DNA from: a virus
Taxonomy: Duplodnaviria; Caudoviricetes
IMG/VR virus record: IMGVR_UViG_3300030095_004611
Coordinates: 1 to 38,546 of that record
Direction: 5' to 3' (one strand)
Length of the DNA stretch: 38,546 bases
Made by a program: the position numbers and the translations under genes. Position 1 is the first letter of the stretch. Each line of letters starts with the position of its first letter. The notes under the pieces are model-generated. The model saw only the letters and a list, made by a program, of their open reading frames with translations. It searched no databases and was not told the DNA's origin. Of the stretch, positions 1-8,651 are shown piece after piece.

Positions 1-315
1 GCTGGAGGAAATGGCGTGGGAACCACGGGCAATAACGGGGGAGCGGGCGGTGCTGGTCTAGCTTCTGCGATACAAGGCGGATCGTCAGTAACACGGGCAG
101 CCGGTGGCGGGGGAGGTTCAATGAATAGTACGCCCGGAGCTGCTGGACATAGCTCGGCTGGAGCGGGAGCTACGGGATCAAATAATGGTGGAAATGCCAC
201 CGCAAATACTGGCTCTGGCGGGGGGGGAACTGGAAATGTTCACGGCTCATCGGGGGCTGTTTCTGGCGGGAACGGTGCCTCGGGAATTGTTATTGTTAGG
301 TATAAATTTCAGTAA
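1..315 (+). CDS. Glycine-rich tail/virion protein, C-terminal fragment (5' truncated)
   Basis: Frame open from base 1; Gly-rich, ends in GASGIVIVRY, typical of phage glycine-rich domain proteins. Confidence 0.75.
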   Translation, partial: AGGNGVGTTGNNGGAGGAGLASAIQGGSSVTRAAGGGGGSMNSTPGAAGHSSAGAGATGSNNGGNATANTGSGGGGTGNVHGSSGAVSGGNGASGIVIVRYKFQ

Positions 316-683
316 TGGAATTAGATGGAAAATTATTAATCACATTAGGCGGTATGTTGGTGAGTATTGTTTCAGCCGCCGCCATCGTGAAGCAGAAACT
401 TTCGTCAGTAATTGATCAACTTGAAAAAATTAGCCGAGATTATGAATCGAGATTAAGAGATTTAGATAAAAGAACTGACCGCCAAGAAAACTTAATTGAT
501 CTTAACGCACAGAAAACCCATGTTTTATCAGGGATTATGTCACCCGAACGACTCGAAAAAAATAACAGAGAGTTAGAACGAATACTTTTAATGGCAAAGA
601 ACAATGAAACTCGCATCACACATTTGGAGAAAATTCATAACAACAGACATTTCTATGTACCGAAACCTACCTATGAGGATTGA
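315..683 (+). CDS. Membrane-anchored coiled-coil protein (lysis-region hypothetical)
   Basis: N-terminal TM (LLITLGGMLVSIVSAAAIV) then coiled coil; TAATG coupling to the upstream gene. Confidence 0.65.
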   Translation: MELDGKLLITLGGMLVSIVSAAAIVKQKLSSVIDQLEKISRDYESRLRDLDKRTDRQENLIDLNAQKTHVLSGIMSPERLEKNNRELERILLMAKNNETRITHLEKIHNNRHFYVPKPTYED

Positions 684-917
684 ATGTTTAGCGCCATAGT
701 AATTTTACTGATCTGGACAGGAGATACCGTTATAAAAACCGTGATTAATGATCCCCTTCCACCTACTCAAACATTAAGTCAGTGTTACTTTAGAGGTGCT
801 GACATTTTGAAAGTTATTTACCAAGAAAATCATTCGATCGTTGAAGCAAAAGCTGGATGCATAGAACTTGAAATACCTAAAAAAGAAAATAATGATAAAG
901 TTGAAAAAGATGTTTAA
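684..917 (+). CDS. Hypothetical exported/membrane protein
   Basis: GAGG RBS, hydrophobic N-terminus, two Cys. Confidence 0.6.
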   Translation: MFSAIVILLIWTGDTVIKTVINDPLPPTQTLSQCYFRGADILKVIYQENHSIVEAKAGCIELEIPKKENNDKVEKDV

Positions 918-1063
918 GAAATTAATTGCAAGAGACAGATATTTAATTCGCTCGTTCTGGCGACATACTGTTCATTACCGTGGACACTTCAAATAATACT
1001 TTGTGCATACAAAAACTGTAGAAAATAGGGGAAAATGCTTCTTATTTAAAATAGGAGGCGAAC

Positions 1064-1486
1064 ATCCTTACTTTACTTGGCAGTTTACTTGGATTTGGTT
1101 CATCTTTTTTACCCAAAGTTATGGATTATTTTCAAGACAAAGCAGATAAAAAACACGAACTTGAAGTAATGACACGTCAAGCTGAGATTCAATTGGATCG
1201 TACAGCCATTGACGCCAATATCAGAGAAGTTGAAAGCATTCATGAGCACGACAGATCGTTAGATGGTGGAGGCTTTGTAAACGCTCTCAGAGCGTCTGTA
1301 AGACCTGTTGTTACATACCTTTTTGTTGGCCTTTTTTTAGCAGTTGAAGGCACAACTTATTATCTTTTGGTTAAAGCTGGATTGCCTCCAGGAGATGCTC
1401 TTGTTGAGAGTTTTGATGATCAGATTATGGCATTATTTAGTAGTATAATTGCCTTTTGGTTTGGTGGTCGTCAATTTAGAAAATGA
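1064..1486 (+). CDS. Putative holin-like membrane protein, probable ATC start
   Basis: AGGAGG at 1053-1058 then ATC-LTLLGSLLGFGSSFLPKV in frame with ORF 1121-1486; ends RASVRPVVTY...IIAFWFGGR; directly upstream of the endolysin. Confidence 0.65.
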   Translation: MLTLLGSLLGFGSSFLPKVMDYFQDKADKKHELEVMTRQAEIQLDRTAIDANIREVESIHEHDRSLDGGGFVNALRASVRPVVTYLFVGLFLAVEGTTYYLLVKAGLPPGDALVESFDDQIMALFSSIIAFWFGGRQFRK

Positions 1487-1944
1487 GGATTAACAATGAA
1501 GGATTATGGATTGTTAAGCATTTTGAGGGATACCGTGAGAAACCCTATTTATGTAGTGCTGGCGTACCTACTATCGGGTACGGGACTTGTTTTTATCCTG
1601 ATGGCACAAATGTTAATCTGGATGACAAACCAATTAACAAGCAACTTGCGATTGAATTCTTGGTTTATGGATTGCAGGCGTCTGAACACGCTGTTGCAAG
1701 ATTGGTTAGATCACCCTTGAATGAAAACCAATTCTCGAGTCTGGTGTCATTTATATATAATATTGGAGCTTCTCGATTTAAATCTTCTACGCTTAGATCC
1801 AAATTAAACAGAAGAGATTATCTAGGAGCTTCCAATGAGTTTTGGAAATGGCGAAGAGCTGCTGGACGTATTTTAAAAGGACTGGTTCTTAGACGTAAAA
1901 AAGAACAACTCTTGTTTGACAAAACGGTTATTAAATATGAGTGA
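1483..1944 (+). CDS. Endolysin, GH24 lysozyme
   Basis: E-x8-C-x5-T triad (FEGYREKPYLCSAGVPTIGYG), LNENQFSSLVSFIYNIG, GLVLRRKKE. Confidence 0.92.
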   Translation: MRINNEGLWIVKHFEGYREKPYLCSAGVPTIGYGTCFYPDGTNVNLDDKPINKQLAIEFLVYGLQASEHAVARLVRSPLNENQFSSLVSFIYNIGASRFKSSTLRSKLNRRDYLGASNEFWKWRRAAGRILKGLVLRRKKEQLLFDKTVIKYE

Positions 1945-3058
1945 AGCAACGTGTACAGATGAAGAGTTTATCAAGCTTTACACCGAGCTAGGTTCACGGG
2001 GCACATCAGACTATTTAGGTTTACGAAGTCGCAGTGTAAGAGCAAGAAGACAACGCATAGAAGAAAGATTAGGGCATCCAATAACAAGAAAGGTTCCTGA
2101 AGGCCATGAAATAAAAGGCAAGTCAACCTTATATGATTTAGATGGAAATACTGTTCTTGAATGGATTAAAACAGGAATTAATAAAGAAGAAACACAAGAC
2201 ATATATGATGAAATCATAGAGGGTTTAAAAGATCGAATTACACCTCAAAAGCCTATTAAGGCAGGAAAAAACTACGAAGCAAACCTCTTAACTCTCTATC
2301 CTGTAGGGGATCATCATTTTGGAATGCTTGCTTGGGATGAAGAAACAGGCGGTGAAAATTACGATTTAACAATAGCTGAGAAACTTCTTTTAGATGCAAC
2401 TCTTCATTTGGTAGATAAAACACCAAACTCTGAAGAAGCCGCAGTTTTGGTTTTAGGTGATTTCCTTCATTATGACGGATTTACTCCTGTAACGCCTTTA
2501 AATAAAAATGTACTTGATGCTGACAGTAGATTTCCAAAAATGGTGCGGATTGCTGTAAGATCACTTCGTTATCTTGTGTCTAATATATTAAGCAAACATA
2601 AGTCTGTGCGTCTTGTTATAGAGATTGGCAATCACGATATGGCTTCTGCAATATGGTTAATGGAAGCATTTAATTTATTTTATGAGAATGAACCTCGTGT
2701 TTTTGTAGACACATCCCCTCGTCAGTTTCATTGTTTTACGTTTGGTAAAAATATGATTGGGACGCATCATGGTCACGGAGCACGCATGAACGCTTTGCCG
2801 TTGTTATTTGCAACAGATTGGCCTGAACAATGGGGATCTACTCTACACCGATCAATTCATACTGGTCATGTGCACCACGATCAGGTGAAACAAAATCCTG
2901 GCATTGTTGTTGAAAGTCATGGAATATTGGCTCCTAGTGACGCATATGCCGCTAATCACGGATATAGATCCAAACAAACAATGAAAGCCATTGTGCTCCA
3001 CAAAGAGCATGGCGAAGTTGCTCGGTACACTGTTAATCCTGACATGCTGGAGAATTAA
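1937..3058 (+). CDS. Calcineurin-like metallophosphoesterase
   Basis: Motifs GDHHFG, GDFLH, GNHD, HHGH, TGHVH; ATG at 1937 overlaps the end of the endolysin. Confidence 0.8.
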   Translation: MSEATCTDEEFIKLYTELGSRGTSDYLGLRSRSVRARRQRIEERLGHPITRKVPEGHEIKGKSTLYDLDGNTVLEWIKTGINKEETQDIYDEIIEGLKDRITPQKPIKAGKNYEANLLTLYPVGDHHFGMLAWDEETGGENYDLTIAEKLLLDATLHLVDKTPNSEEAAVLVLGDFLHYDGFTPVTPLNKNVLDADSRFPKMVRIAVRSLRYLVSNILSKHKSVRLVIEIGNHDMASAIWLMEAFNLFYENEPRVFVDTSPRQFHCFTFGKNMIGTHHGHGARMNALPLLFATDWPEQWGSTLHRSIHTGHVHHDQVKQNPGIVVESHGILAPSDAYAANHGYRSKQTMKAIVLHKEHGEVARYTVNPDMLEN

Positions 3059-3325
3059 ATGAAAGTTAAAGAGATATTAGAAACTGCGATTGGACTTGTC
3101 TGCAAAGATAGAAAAGAAACGCATGGCCCTAATATGCGTGAGTCTTTTGAAAAAACTGCTAATCTTTGGTCTAATTATCTTGGTTATAAAATAAAAGCAA
3201 AAGATGTACCTATTATGATGGTATTGTTAAAAGTTACCCGTGCTAAAGACGGTGCGTTTAATCCAGATGATTATGTTGATATGTGTGGATATTCTGCAAT
3301 AGCAGGACAAATTGATAGTGATTAA
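3059..3325 (+). CDS. DUF6378-like phage protein
   Basis: DRKETHG...A.LWSNYLG...MVLLKVTR...DDYVDMCGYSAIAG pattern. Confidence 0.7.
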   Translation: MKVKEILETAIGLVCKDRKETHGPNMRESFEKTANLWSNYLGYKIKAKDVPIMMVLLKVTRAKDGAFNPDDYVDMCGYSAIAGQIDSD

Positions 3326-3552
3326 TCTTTTTCAATAATTTTTTCTAATTTGTTATTTATAGCAGATAATATTAAATGAGTAGCATGAGGCGTTGTTGGA
3401 GCAGTATCGTAACAAAGTTCAACTAGAAAAGAAGCCAACCCCCTAGCCATTTGTGCTGTTGATACACCTTCTTTTGAGAGCAACTCTGTTTCATTAAGCA
3501 ATGCTTCATATATTTTGTTAAAAATTTCAGTTTCTTTGTCATCCATAGTCAT
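3322..3552 (-). CDS. Hypothetical protein
   Basis: ORF with GGAG RBS, coupled to the upstream gene. Confidence 0.65.
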   Translation of the reverse strand: MTMDDKETEIFNKIYEALLNETELLSKEGVSTAQMARGLASFLVELCYDTAPTTPHATHLILSAINNKLEKIIEKD

Positions 3553-3764
3553 TAATTCTCTCCAAAATTAACATGCTTTCCTAAATCAAGATCGCATACA
3601 TCTCTTATAGTATGCAATAAGTTATCAGCTTGGTCTAATATTCTATCGTTAGAGTTGGGACGTTCAGATTGTAGCCAAAAAGTGGTATCGTTATACCTAT
3701 TAATTTCGTTGCTGATCCAACGTAATGTTTTTTCATGATCTTTAGTTCTCATCATTATCTCCAT
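3552..3764 (-). CDS. Hypothetical protein
   Basis: ORF in a tightly packed small-gene array; true start possibly a few codons downstream. Confidence 0.6.
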   Translation of the reverse strand: MEIMMRTKDHEKTLRWISNEINRYNDTTFWLQSERPNSNDRILDQADNLLHTIRDVCDLDLGKHVNFGEN

Positions 3765-3900
3765 AATTATCTGGGCAACAATCGGGACAGTAGTATTCAG
3801 AATCTTTGATACCCTCTACTATGAACGCTTCAAAAGAATTGGTCGTATCTCCACATTTTGGGCATATTTGGTCATAAACTTCATCATCGTATTCAGGCAT
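3742..3900 (-). CDS. Small zinc-ribbon protein (52 aa)
   Basis: Manual translation MPEYDDEVYDQICPKCG...YYCPDCC; GAGGAG RBS. Confidence 0.65.
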   Translation of the reverse strand: MPEYDDEVYDQICPKCGDTTNSFEAFIVEGIKDSEYYCPDCCPDNYGDNDEN

Positions 3901-3901
3901 T

Positions 3902-4081
3902 TTATTTCTCCTCTATTAATGGGAATAAATCATCTGGATCAATACCGTCTGTCCAGTAGCCTGTTTCAATTTTGTTAGAGTAAAATTCTTTTACATTACC
4001 GTCATCATTTAATAGCGGATAATCATTTTCATCAATTAGATAGTATGTGACATCCCATATACCTACAGTGTACTTAGGCAT
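3902..4081 (-). CDS. Small acidic protein (59 aa)
   Basis: Manual translation MPKYTVGIWD...LIEEK; TAATG coupling. Confidence 0.6.
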   Translation of the reverse strand: MPKYTVGIWDVTYYLIDENDYPLLNDDGNVKEFYSNKIETGYWTDGIDPDDLFPLIEEK

Positions 4082-4275
4082 TATTCAGTTCTCCAACCAA
4101 CAACAAGAAAATCAATATCCTCAAAATTCACATTTTCCATCGCTTCCTCGGGTAAAAATTCAGCGATTGGGTAATGACTTTTACCTCCAAACCACGTATG
4201 ACCATCTGTTGTGTCGAAAGGCTTCCAGCCTAATGATTTGTAATATTTCTGAATGTCTTTATCTTTTATTTTCAT
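4081..4275 (-). CDS. Hypothetical protein (64 aa)
   Basis: GAGGAG RBS. Confidence 0.65.
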   Translation of the reverse strand: MKIKDKDIQKYYKSLGWKPFDTTDGHTWFGGKSHYPIAEFLPEEAMENVNFEDIDFLVVGWRTE

Positions 4276-4276
4276 T

Positions 4277-4447
4277 TTATTTCTCCTCTATAACGTCAAA
4301 AATTTTCCAGCTATCTGTAAATGGCATTTCTTCAAAGTCTGTAATACTTAAATTTTCTGCAATTTTGAATGCTTGTTCATAGTCTGGTGCTGTAATTGTT
4401 GCTTCCATTTCAACTTCTAGAACTGCGATAGCTGTATATTTAGGCAT
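4277..4447 (-). CDS. Small acidic protein (56 aa)
   Basis: Manual translation MPKYTAIAVLE...VIEEK; GGAGG RBS. Confidence 0.65.
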   Translation of the reverse strand: MPKYTAIAVLEVEMEATITAPDYEQAFKIAENLSITDFEEMPFTDSWKIFDVIEEK

Positions 4448-4631
4448 TTGTTATAACCTCCATTTTTATACTGTTTTTACGAATGTCACTTGGAAGTATT
4501 TCCACAATGCCACACAACGCTTCGTTGTATTCTGCTAAAATATTTTCTATAAATTCTTCTTTGCTTGAAGCATTTCTGACAGGGTTAACCCAAGGAAGAT
4601 CGATTACACATTCAAATTGATATTGTTTCAT
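4440..4631 (-). CDS. Hypothetical protein (63 aa)
   Basis: AAGGA RBS before ATG at 4631 (MKQYQFECV). Confidence 0.6.
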   Translation of the reverse strand: MKQYQFECVIDLPWVNPVRNASSKEEFIENILAEYNEALCGIVEILPSDIRKNSIKMEVITNA

Positions 4632-4649
4632 TTTATTATCCTTTATTGG

Positions 4650-4671
4650 TTGCACGTATTTTGCACGCTTT
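4650..4671. repeat. Putative integrase arm-type sites (left)
   Basis: TTGCACGTATT TTGCACGCTTT tandem 11-mers, matched by a pair on the other side of the attP core. Confidence 0.6.
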
Positions 4672-4770
4672 AGGTGTGCAGGTTTATGTTGTGTTCTACA
4701 TCTGTACTGCAAACAGGAACATTTAAAAATTTAAACATTTACTATAAAGTATTGATATGATTGGGGAAAA

Positions 4771-4822
4771 TGGTGCCGCTACCAAGAATCGAACTTGGGA
4801 CTTCATCATTACCAATGATGCG
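4771..4822 (-). mobile_element. attP: attP core: 3' half of tRNA-Thr(GGT)
   Basis: Minus strand CGCATCATTGGTAATGATGAAGTCCCAAGTTCGATTCTTGGTAGCGGCACCA contains the anticodon arm (GGT), T arm and CCA; no 5' acceptor strand or D arm; just downstream of the integrase. Confidence 0.88.
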
Positions 4823-4855
4823 TTTGTAGCTGAATACTCCAATGTTATCAGTATC

Positions 4856-5923
4856 TTATAAAGTTTGTGTTTTAAATTGCACGCTTTTTGCACATTTTGG
4901 GGTCGGAAGAGCACCTATTAATGGGTGTGATTTACCCCATACTTTACTAATATTGTCAGTATATTTTGTTGGCATTAAATGAGCATATCTTTCGACCATT
5001 GAGACGCTTTGCCAGTCACCTTCCTTTTTTAATAGCAATAGATCTTTAGTGAGGGCATAAAACCATGTTGCCCATGTATGCCTTATATCGTGAGGTGTAA
5101 AATCTTGAATATCAGCATTTCGACATGCTGTTTTAAAAGCTGTGTCGATTTGACCGCCATAGTCTTTGTTATTATATTTATAAGGTTTGCCTGATCGAGC
5201 AACAAATGCCTGGCCTGATCTGTTATGAACTCTTGTAAGGACGTCTAAAGCTGCACTTGGAAGTACAGCAACTCTATTGCGGTTGTTTTTAGTGTCCATA
5301 TATATGACTGTCTCTTCATATATATCTATAGAGATTGTATTAAGATAAATAGCTTCAGATACTCGTGCTCCTGTGCAAAACATTAAGATAAGAATAGGTT
5401 TAAGATGATGAGCTGAGACATTAATCAAAGTTTCAGCTTCATCTGGTGTAATCCACCTTGTTTTATTTGGTGGTAGTTTGTCTCTTTCAAAATTAGGTTT
5501 ATCACACCATCCTCTTTTATTGGCATGATTGAGTATTTTATTTAATTGCGAGAGGACAACGCGGTCTTTTGTTACCCATTTAACGTTTTCGTTAAAGATA
5601 GCTTTATAGCTTTTGTCTAATAAAGATTGATCGATGTCTTTTAGTTTATATTTATGAAAAAAATCAAGAACACGTTTAATATTCTTTTTGTCTTGCTCGG
5701 ACTCGTCAGGATGGCTTTCTAAGTAACTTAAAACTGCGTCTGAGAAAGTTACGACAACTTTATCTCCATAGATGTGTCCTTGCCAGAGATCGTGTTGAAG
5801 TTTTTCAAGTTTCTGTTGCGCTTTTTCGGGGTCAGAAGTTCCTGAACTTTCATAAACTTTCTGTCCTGCGACCGAACCCCTGATGTACCACGTTTGACCT
5901 CTTTGGAACTTTTTGAGGGACAT
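4856..5923 (-). CDS. int: Tyrosine integrase
   Basis: TGARVSE (R), TKN (K), HDIRHTWA (H-x-x-R), ERYAH (Y); W at the H/W position (GDW). Confidence 0.95.
   Translation of the reverse strand: MSLKKFQRGQTWYIRGSVAGQKVYESSGTSDPEKAQQKLEKLQHDLWQGHIYGDKVVVTFSDAVLSYLESHPDESEQDKKNIKRVLDFFHKYKLKDIDQSLLDKSYKAIFNENVKWVTKDRVVLSQLNKILNHANKRGWCDKPNFERDKLPPNKTRWITPDEAETLINVSAHHLKPILILMFCTGARVSEAIYLNTISIDIYEETVIYMDTKNNRNRVAVLPSAALDVLTRVHNRSGQAFVARSGKPYKYNNKDYGGQIDTAFKTACRNADIQDFTPHDIRHTWATWFYALTKDLLLLKKEGDWQSVSMVERYAHLMPTKYTDNISKVWGKSHPLIGALPTPKCAKSVQFKTQTL
4877..4898. repeat. Putative integrase arm-type sites (right)
   Basis: TTGCACGCTTT TTGCACATTTT inside the 3' end of int. Confidence 0.6.
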
Positions 5924-6096
5924 TTTAAACTCTCCAATAATTCGTCAAAGTCTTTTTCAGTCAATATCCAAACACGACCTGCCTTGCGTCCTATGTTGTG
6001 ATCTCTCATATGCTCTCGAAGCCATCTGATTGAACAATGCAGTTTATCGCTTGCTGTTTCAACTGTTATTGGAAATTCATTTTCTAATTGTCTCAC
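5749..6096 (-). CDS. Excisionase-like HTH protein
   Basis: TVETASDKLHCSIRWLRE...KAGRVWILTEKD MerR/Xis-like; overlaps the int 5' end in another frame. Confidence 0.65.
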   Translation of the reverse strand: MRQLENEFPITVETASDKLHCSIRWLREHMRDHNIGRKAGRVWILTEKDFDELLESLKCPSKSSKEVKRGTSGVRSQDRKFMKVQELLTPKKRNRNLKNFNTISGKDTSMEIKLS

Positions 6097-6283
6097 ATTT
6101 GGCTCCTAGTTGCGCTTGGTATTCTGCTTCACTTTGTTTTTGACATCTGGGACAAATATCAATCCCACCAACTTCTATTGTTGTTATTGTTTCTGTTTCA
6201 TTGATTTTGCAAAAATATTTTTTTATTATTTTGGTCGGCTCTTTATTTATAAATCCTTGATCTTTACATTTTAAGCATGACAT
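6077..6283 (-). CDS. Zinc-finger hypothetical protein
   Basis: CLKC...CPRC; AAGGA RBS. Confidence 0.6.
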   Translation of the reverse strand: MSCLKCKDQGFINKEPTKIIKKYFCKINETETITTIEVGGIDICPRCQKQSEAEYQAQLGAKCETIRK

Positions 6284-6457
6284 TGTACGTCCTTGTAAAA
6301 TGTGGTGGATGATTTATTTAGTATTTTTCGATTAACTCGTGGAATGAGCTTTTATTGCTTCAACAATAGAAGGCTCAAAAGCTAACGGCTGATCATACTG
6401 TGCAATAAATCTTTTTAGTGACGCCACCACTCGCCATTTAGGAGGTCAGCCTTTGAA

Positions 6458-6841
6458 TTAAAGTTCTGGGAAATCATCATCAATCATTTCAGCTTTTCGA
6501 GGTGCTTCGCTCCGCTCGGCACTGCTGAGAAGCTTTAATGTTGATCCAAAGCCAAGAACAATTTCTGTGACTTTGCGTGTTTCCCCGTCTTTGTCGTATT
6601 CTCTAATGTTAAGATTACCTTGAACAAAAAGTTTTGTTCCCTTTTTAACGTAAGGTTGAATAACATTTTGAATCAACTTTTCGTCAAAGCAGACGATATT
6701 AAACCAAACAGTTTGTTTGTTGACGCCATAGCCATTTTCAGTTGCGATAGAAAATGAAGCAATGTCTTTTCCAGTTTTTTTACTTACCGATACTTCTGGG
6801 TCACGTCCTAGATTACCGATACATGTTGCTTGTGCTAACAT
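6458..6841 (-). CDS. ssb: Single-stranded DNA-binding protein
   Basis: IGNLGRDPE, WFNIVCF, KKGTKLFVQG, acidic tail DDDFPEL. Confidence 0.95.
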   Translation of the reverse strand: MLAQATCIGNLGRDPEVSVSKKTGKDIASFSIATENGYGVNKQTVWFNIVCFDEKLIQNVIQPYVKKGTKLFVQGNLNIREYDKDGETRKVTEIVLGFGSTLKLLSSAERSEAPRKAEMIDDDFPEL

Positions 6842-7488
6842 TATGCACTCTCCTTTAGGGTTGGGGTTGGGGTAAATACTTTGCGTATTCTTTCAATCTC
6901 ATTTGCTAAATTTCTAATTTCTTCAGGATGCGATTGTCTGAATTGATTGTAAGTTTCTCCGTAATTATCTTTCCAATTGTTGTAATCTTTTTTTGATTTA
7001 ACTTTGTTAAGAGATGCTAAAGCTTTTTTTGCCCAAGCTTCTTCTGAACTTAGATTTTTGGGCACTCCTTTAATTATTTCTTTTGGTGGGTTTTTTATTT
7101 CAAATGGCGTTTTGCTATCCATATCTGCCACATCTTCTTGTGAATAGACATGACCTGCCAGCCCGATAAGTTTTAATATAACCCGATCTTTGGCTCGTTT
7201 TTCTGCCATAGAATAAGGATATGCATTTTTATTATTTTTAGGACTGGCTTCGCCAAAAGTCCATTCCTTGTGATCGCCTAAACTGCCTTCAACAAGGACA
7301 ACAACATTACTGGGATTGCTGTCTACTATTTGTTTGATTTCAGTTTGTATGTTTGCTGTCTGGGCAACTTGCTCAATATATTTGTGAAGCATAACCCATG
7401 TGCCATGACAATCCCAAAGAGCTTCTTTTGGTTCTAATTTATACTTTTTAAGAATTTCTATAAGTTCAGGCTTTAACTGTTTTGCCAT
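6841..7488 (-). CDS. Putative ssDNA-annealing protein (Rad52/Sak-like)
   Basis: FGEASPKN...YPYSMAEKRAKDRVILKL; lies between exonuclease and SSB. Confidence 0.55.
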   Translation of the reverse strand: MAKQLKPELIEILKKYKLEPKEALWDCHGTWVMLHKYIEQVAQTANIQTEIKQIVDSNPSNVVVLVEGSLGDHKEWTFGEASPKNNKNAYPYSMAEKRAKDRVILKLIGLAGHVYSQEDVADMDSKTPFEIKNPPKEIIKGVPKNLSSEEAWAKKALASLNKVKSKKDYNNWKDNYGETYNQFRQSHPEEIRNLANEIERIRKVFTPTPTLKESA

Positions 7489-7691
7489 TATGCGGCCTCC
7501 TTAATGAGATGATATTCAGCGTAATTCACTTTATTTTTATTGGTTTTCATTTCAGTGATGATTGTATGACCGTCATCTCTGAGATCTTTGATGCGAGCGG
7601 CTAGGCGATAAATATCGTACATAAGCACTGCGTTATATGCGCTTATAGGATTTCGTCTAAGGTGAGAAAGAATGATTTTGTTTTGTGACAT
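7488..7691 (-). CDS. Small winged-HTH protein
   Basis: MSQNKIILSHL...IYRLAARIKDLRDDGHTI; start re-assigned to 7691. Confidence 0.75.
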   Translation of the reverse strand: MSQNKIILSHLRRNPISAYNAVLMYDIYRLAARIKDLRDDGHTIITEMKTNKNKVNYAEYHLIKEAA

Positions 7692-7692
7692 A

Positions 7693-8595
7693 TTAAGATC
7701 CTTCCATTGCTTGTTTAAAGACAATTTCTTCTTCAAGTTTTTGTTCATTTTTAAATTGGGCACAGAACGGAGATGCGTTGCAGTAATGTAAGCATCGTGT
7801 TGCTTCCCCGTGGCGTGTTTCGATATATAGATCCAAGCCTTTATCTTTTGCTCTTGCTTCTTCAGCTTCTTCAGCATTTGTGTAGAGTTTGATGGCTCGT
7901 TTACGTCCCATTTTCATAAGGGCGTATTTTGTAGGTTCTTTCCATCTTTCTGAGTCTCTACAAGCTCTAGGAGAACCTTCAGATTCTCGTGCCATTTGAT
8001 GCTCTGCAACGTGCTCTTTAATAAACCATTGAATTGCATCTGAATCCCACATATCAATTTCGATAACAGCGACTTGATGCTTGGGATAATTTTTATCAAA
8101 TTGTGCTTTTCTTTTTGACCAGTCTCTAAAGATATATATGACTTCTAGTTTTTCAGGCCATTGATCTTCAGGGTAGTTTTGTCTGATCATTTCTGCGTAG
8201 CAGTTTAATTGTTCATAACGCTCTTGTTTGACGCCATTTATATATTCATAAACAGAGGCCATTTTGTAATCTTGTAAAGATTTATTGATTAGACATAGAC
8301 GGTCAAATTGACCTGATATTGTCCATCCACATTCTTTGATATAAAGACGTTGCTCTTTAATGGCAGACGTATCTGCTTGTTCTAATATGTTATGTATTGA
8401 TTTTCCCATCAGAGCATAGATCTCATCTGAGACATCACGGGTTATTTGATCTTGGTATAATTTCTCCAAAGCTACTTTTTGGGGCGGTGAAATCAGACTT
8501 GTTATACTAATGTCTGCATCACCCGAGCTGTACGGATCATTTATGATCGCGTCAGCAATTGGTTGGGGTAAATTAAGGTCATTTGTATACTGCAT
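7693..8595 (-). CDS. PD-(D/E)XK exonuclease (RecB/Cas4-like)
   Basis: GQFDRL, QDYK, EQLNCY, C-terminal Cys cluster RCLHYCNASPFC. Confidence 0.8.
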   Translation of the reverse strand: MQYTNDLNLPQPIADAIINDPYSSGDADISITSLISPPQKVALEKLYQDQITRDVSDEIYALMGKSIHNILEQADTSAIKEQRLYIKECGWTISGQFDRLCLINKSLQDYKMASVYEYINGVKQERYEQLNCYAEMIRQNYPEDQWPEKLEVIYIFRDWSKRKAQFDKNYPKHQVAVIEIDMWDSDAIQWFIKEHVAEHQMARESEGSPRACRDSERWKEPTKYALMKMGRKRAIKLYTNAEEAEEARAKDKGLDLYIETRHGEATRCLHYCNASPFCAQFKNEQKLEEEIVFKQAMEGS

Positions 8596-8622
8596 TTATC
8601 TGCTCTTTTCTCTTTATTATTG

Positions 8623-8651
8623 ATTATAACTGCACTTTTGCAGAATGTCAA
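8623..8651 (-). promoter_or_regulatory. Sigma70 promoter for the recombination/int operon with an operator in the spacer
   Basis: TTGACA (8651-8646), 17 bp, TATAAT (8628-8623); TGCACTTTTGCA at 8631-8642. Confidence 0.8.

Noticed and set aside
892-996. Short basic ORF MIKLKKMFKKLIARDRY...
   Set aside because: No clear RBS or recognisable feature; no o-spanin lipobox found in the lysis region
4771-4846. Complete tRNA-Thr gene
   Set aside because: The 5' acceptor strand (expected GCCGCTA) and D arm are missing; it is an att core
7692-7877. N-terminal extension of ORF 7488-7877
   Set aside because: Overlaps the exonuclease; the HTH begins at ATG 7691
7693-8595. Cas4 as part of a CRISPR system
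   Set aside because: No repeat-spacer array or other cas genes; context is a recombination module
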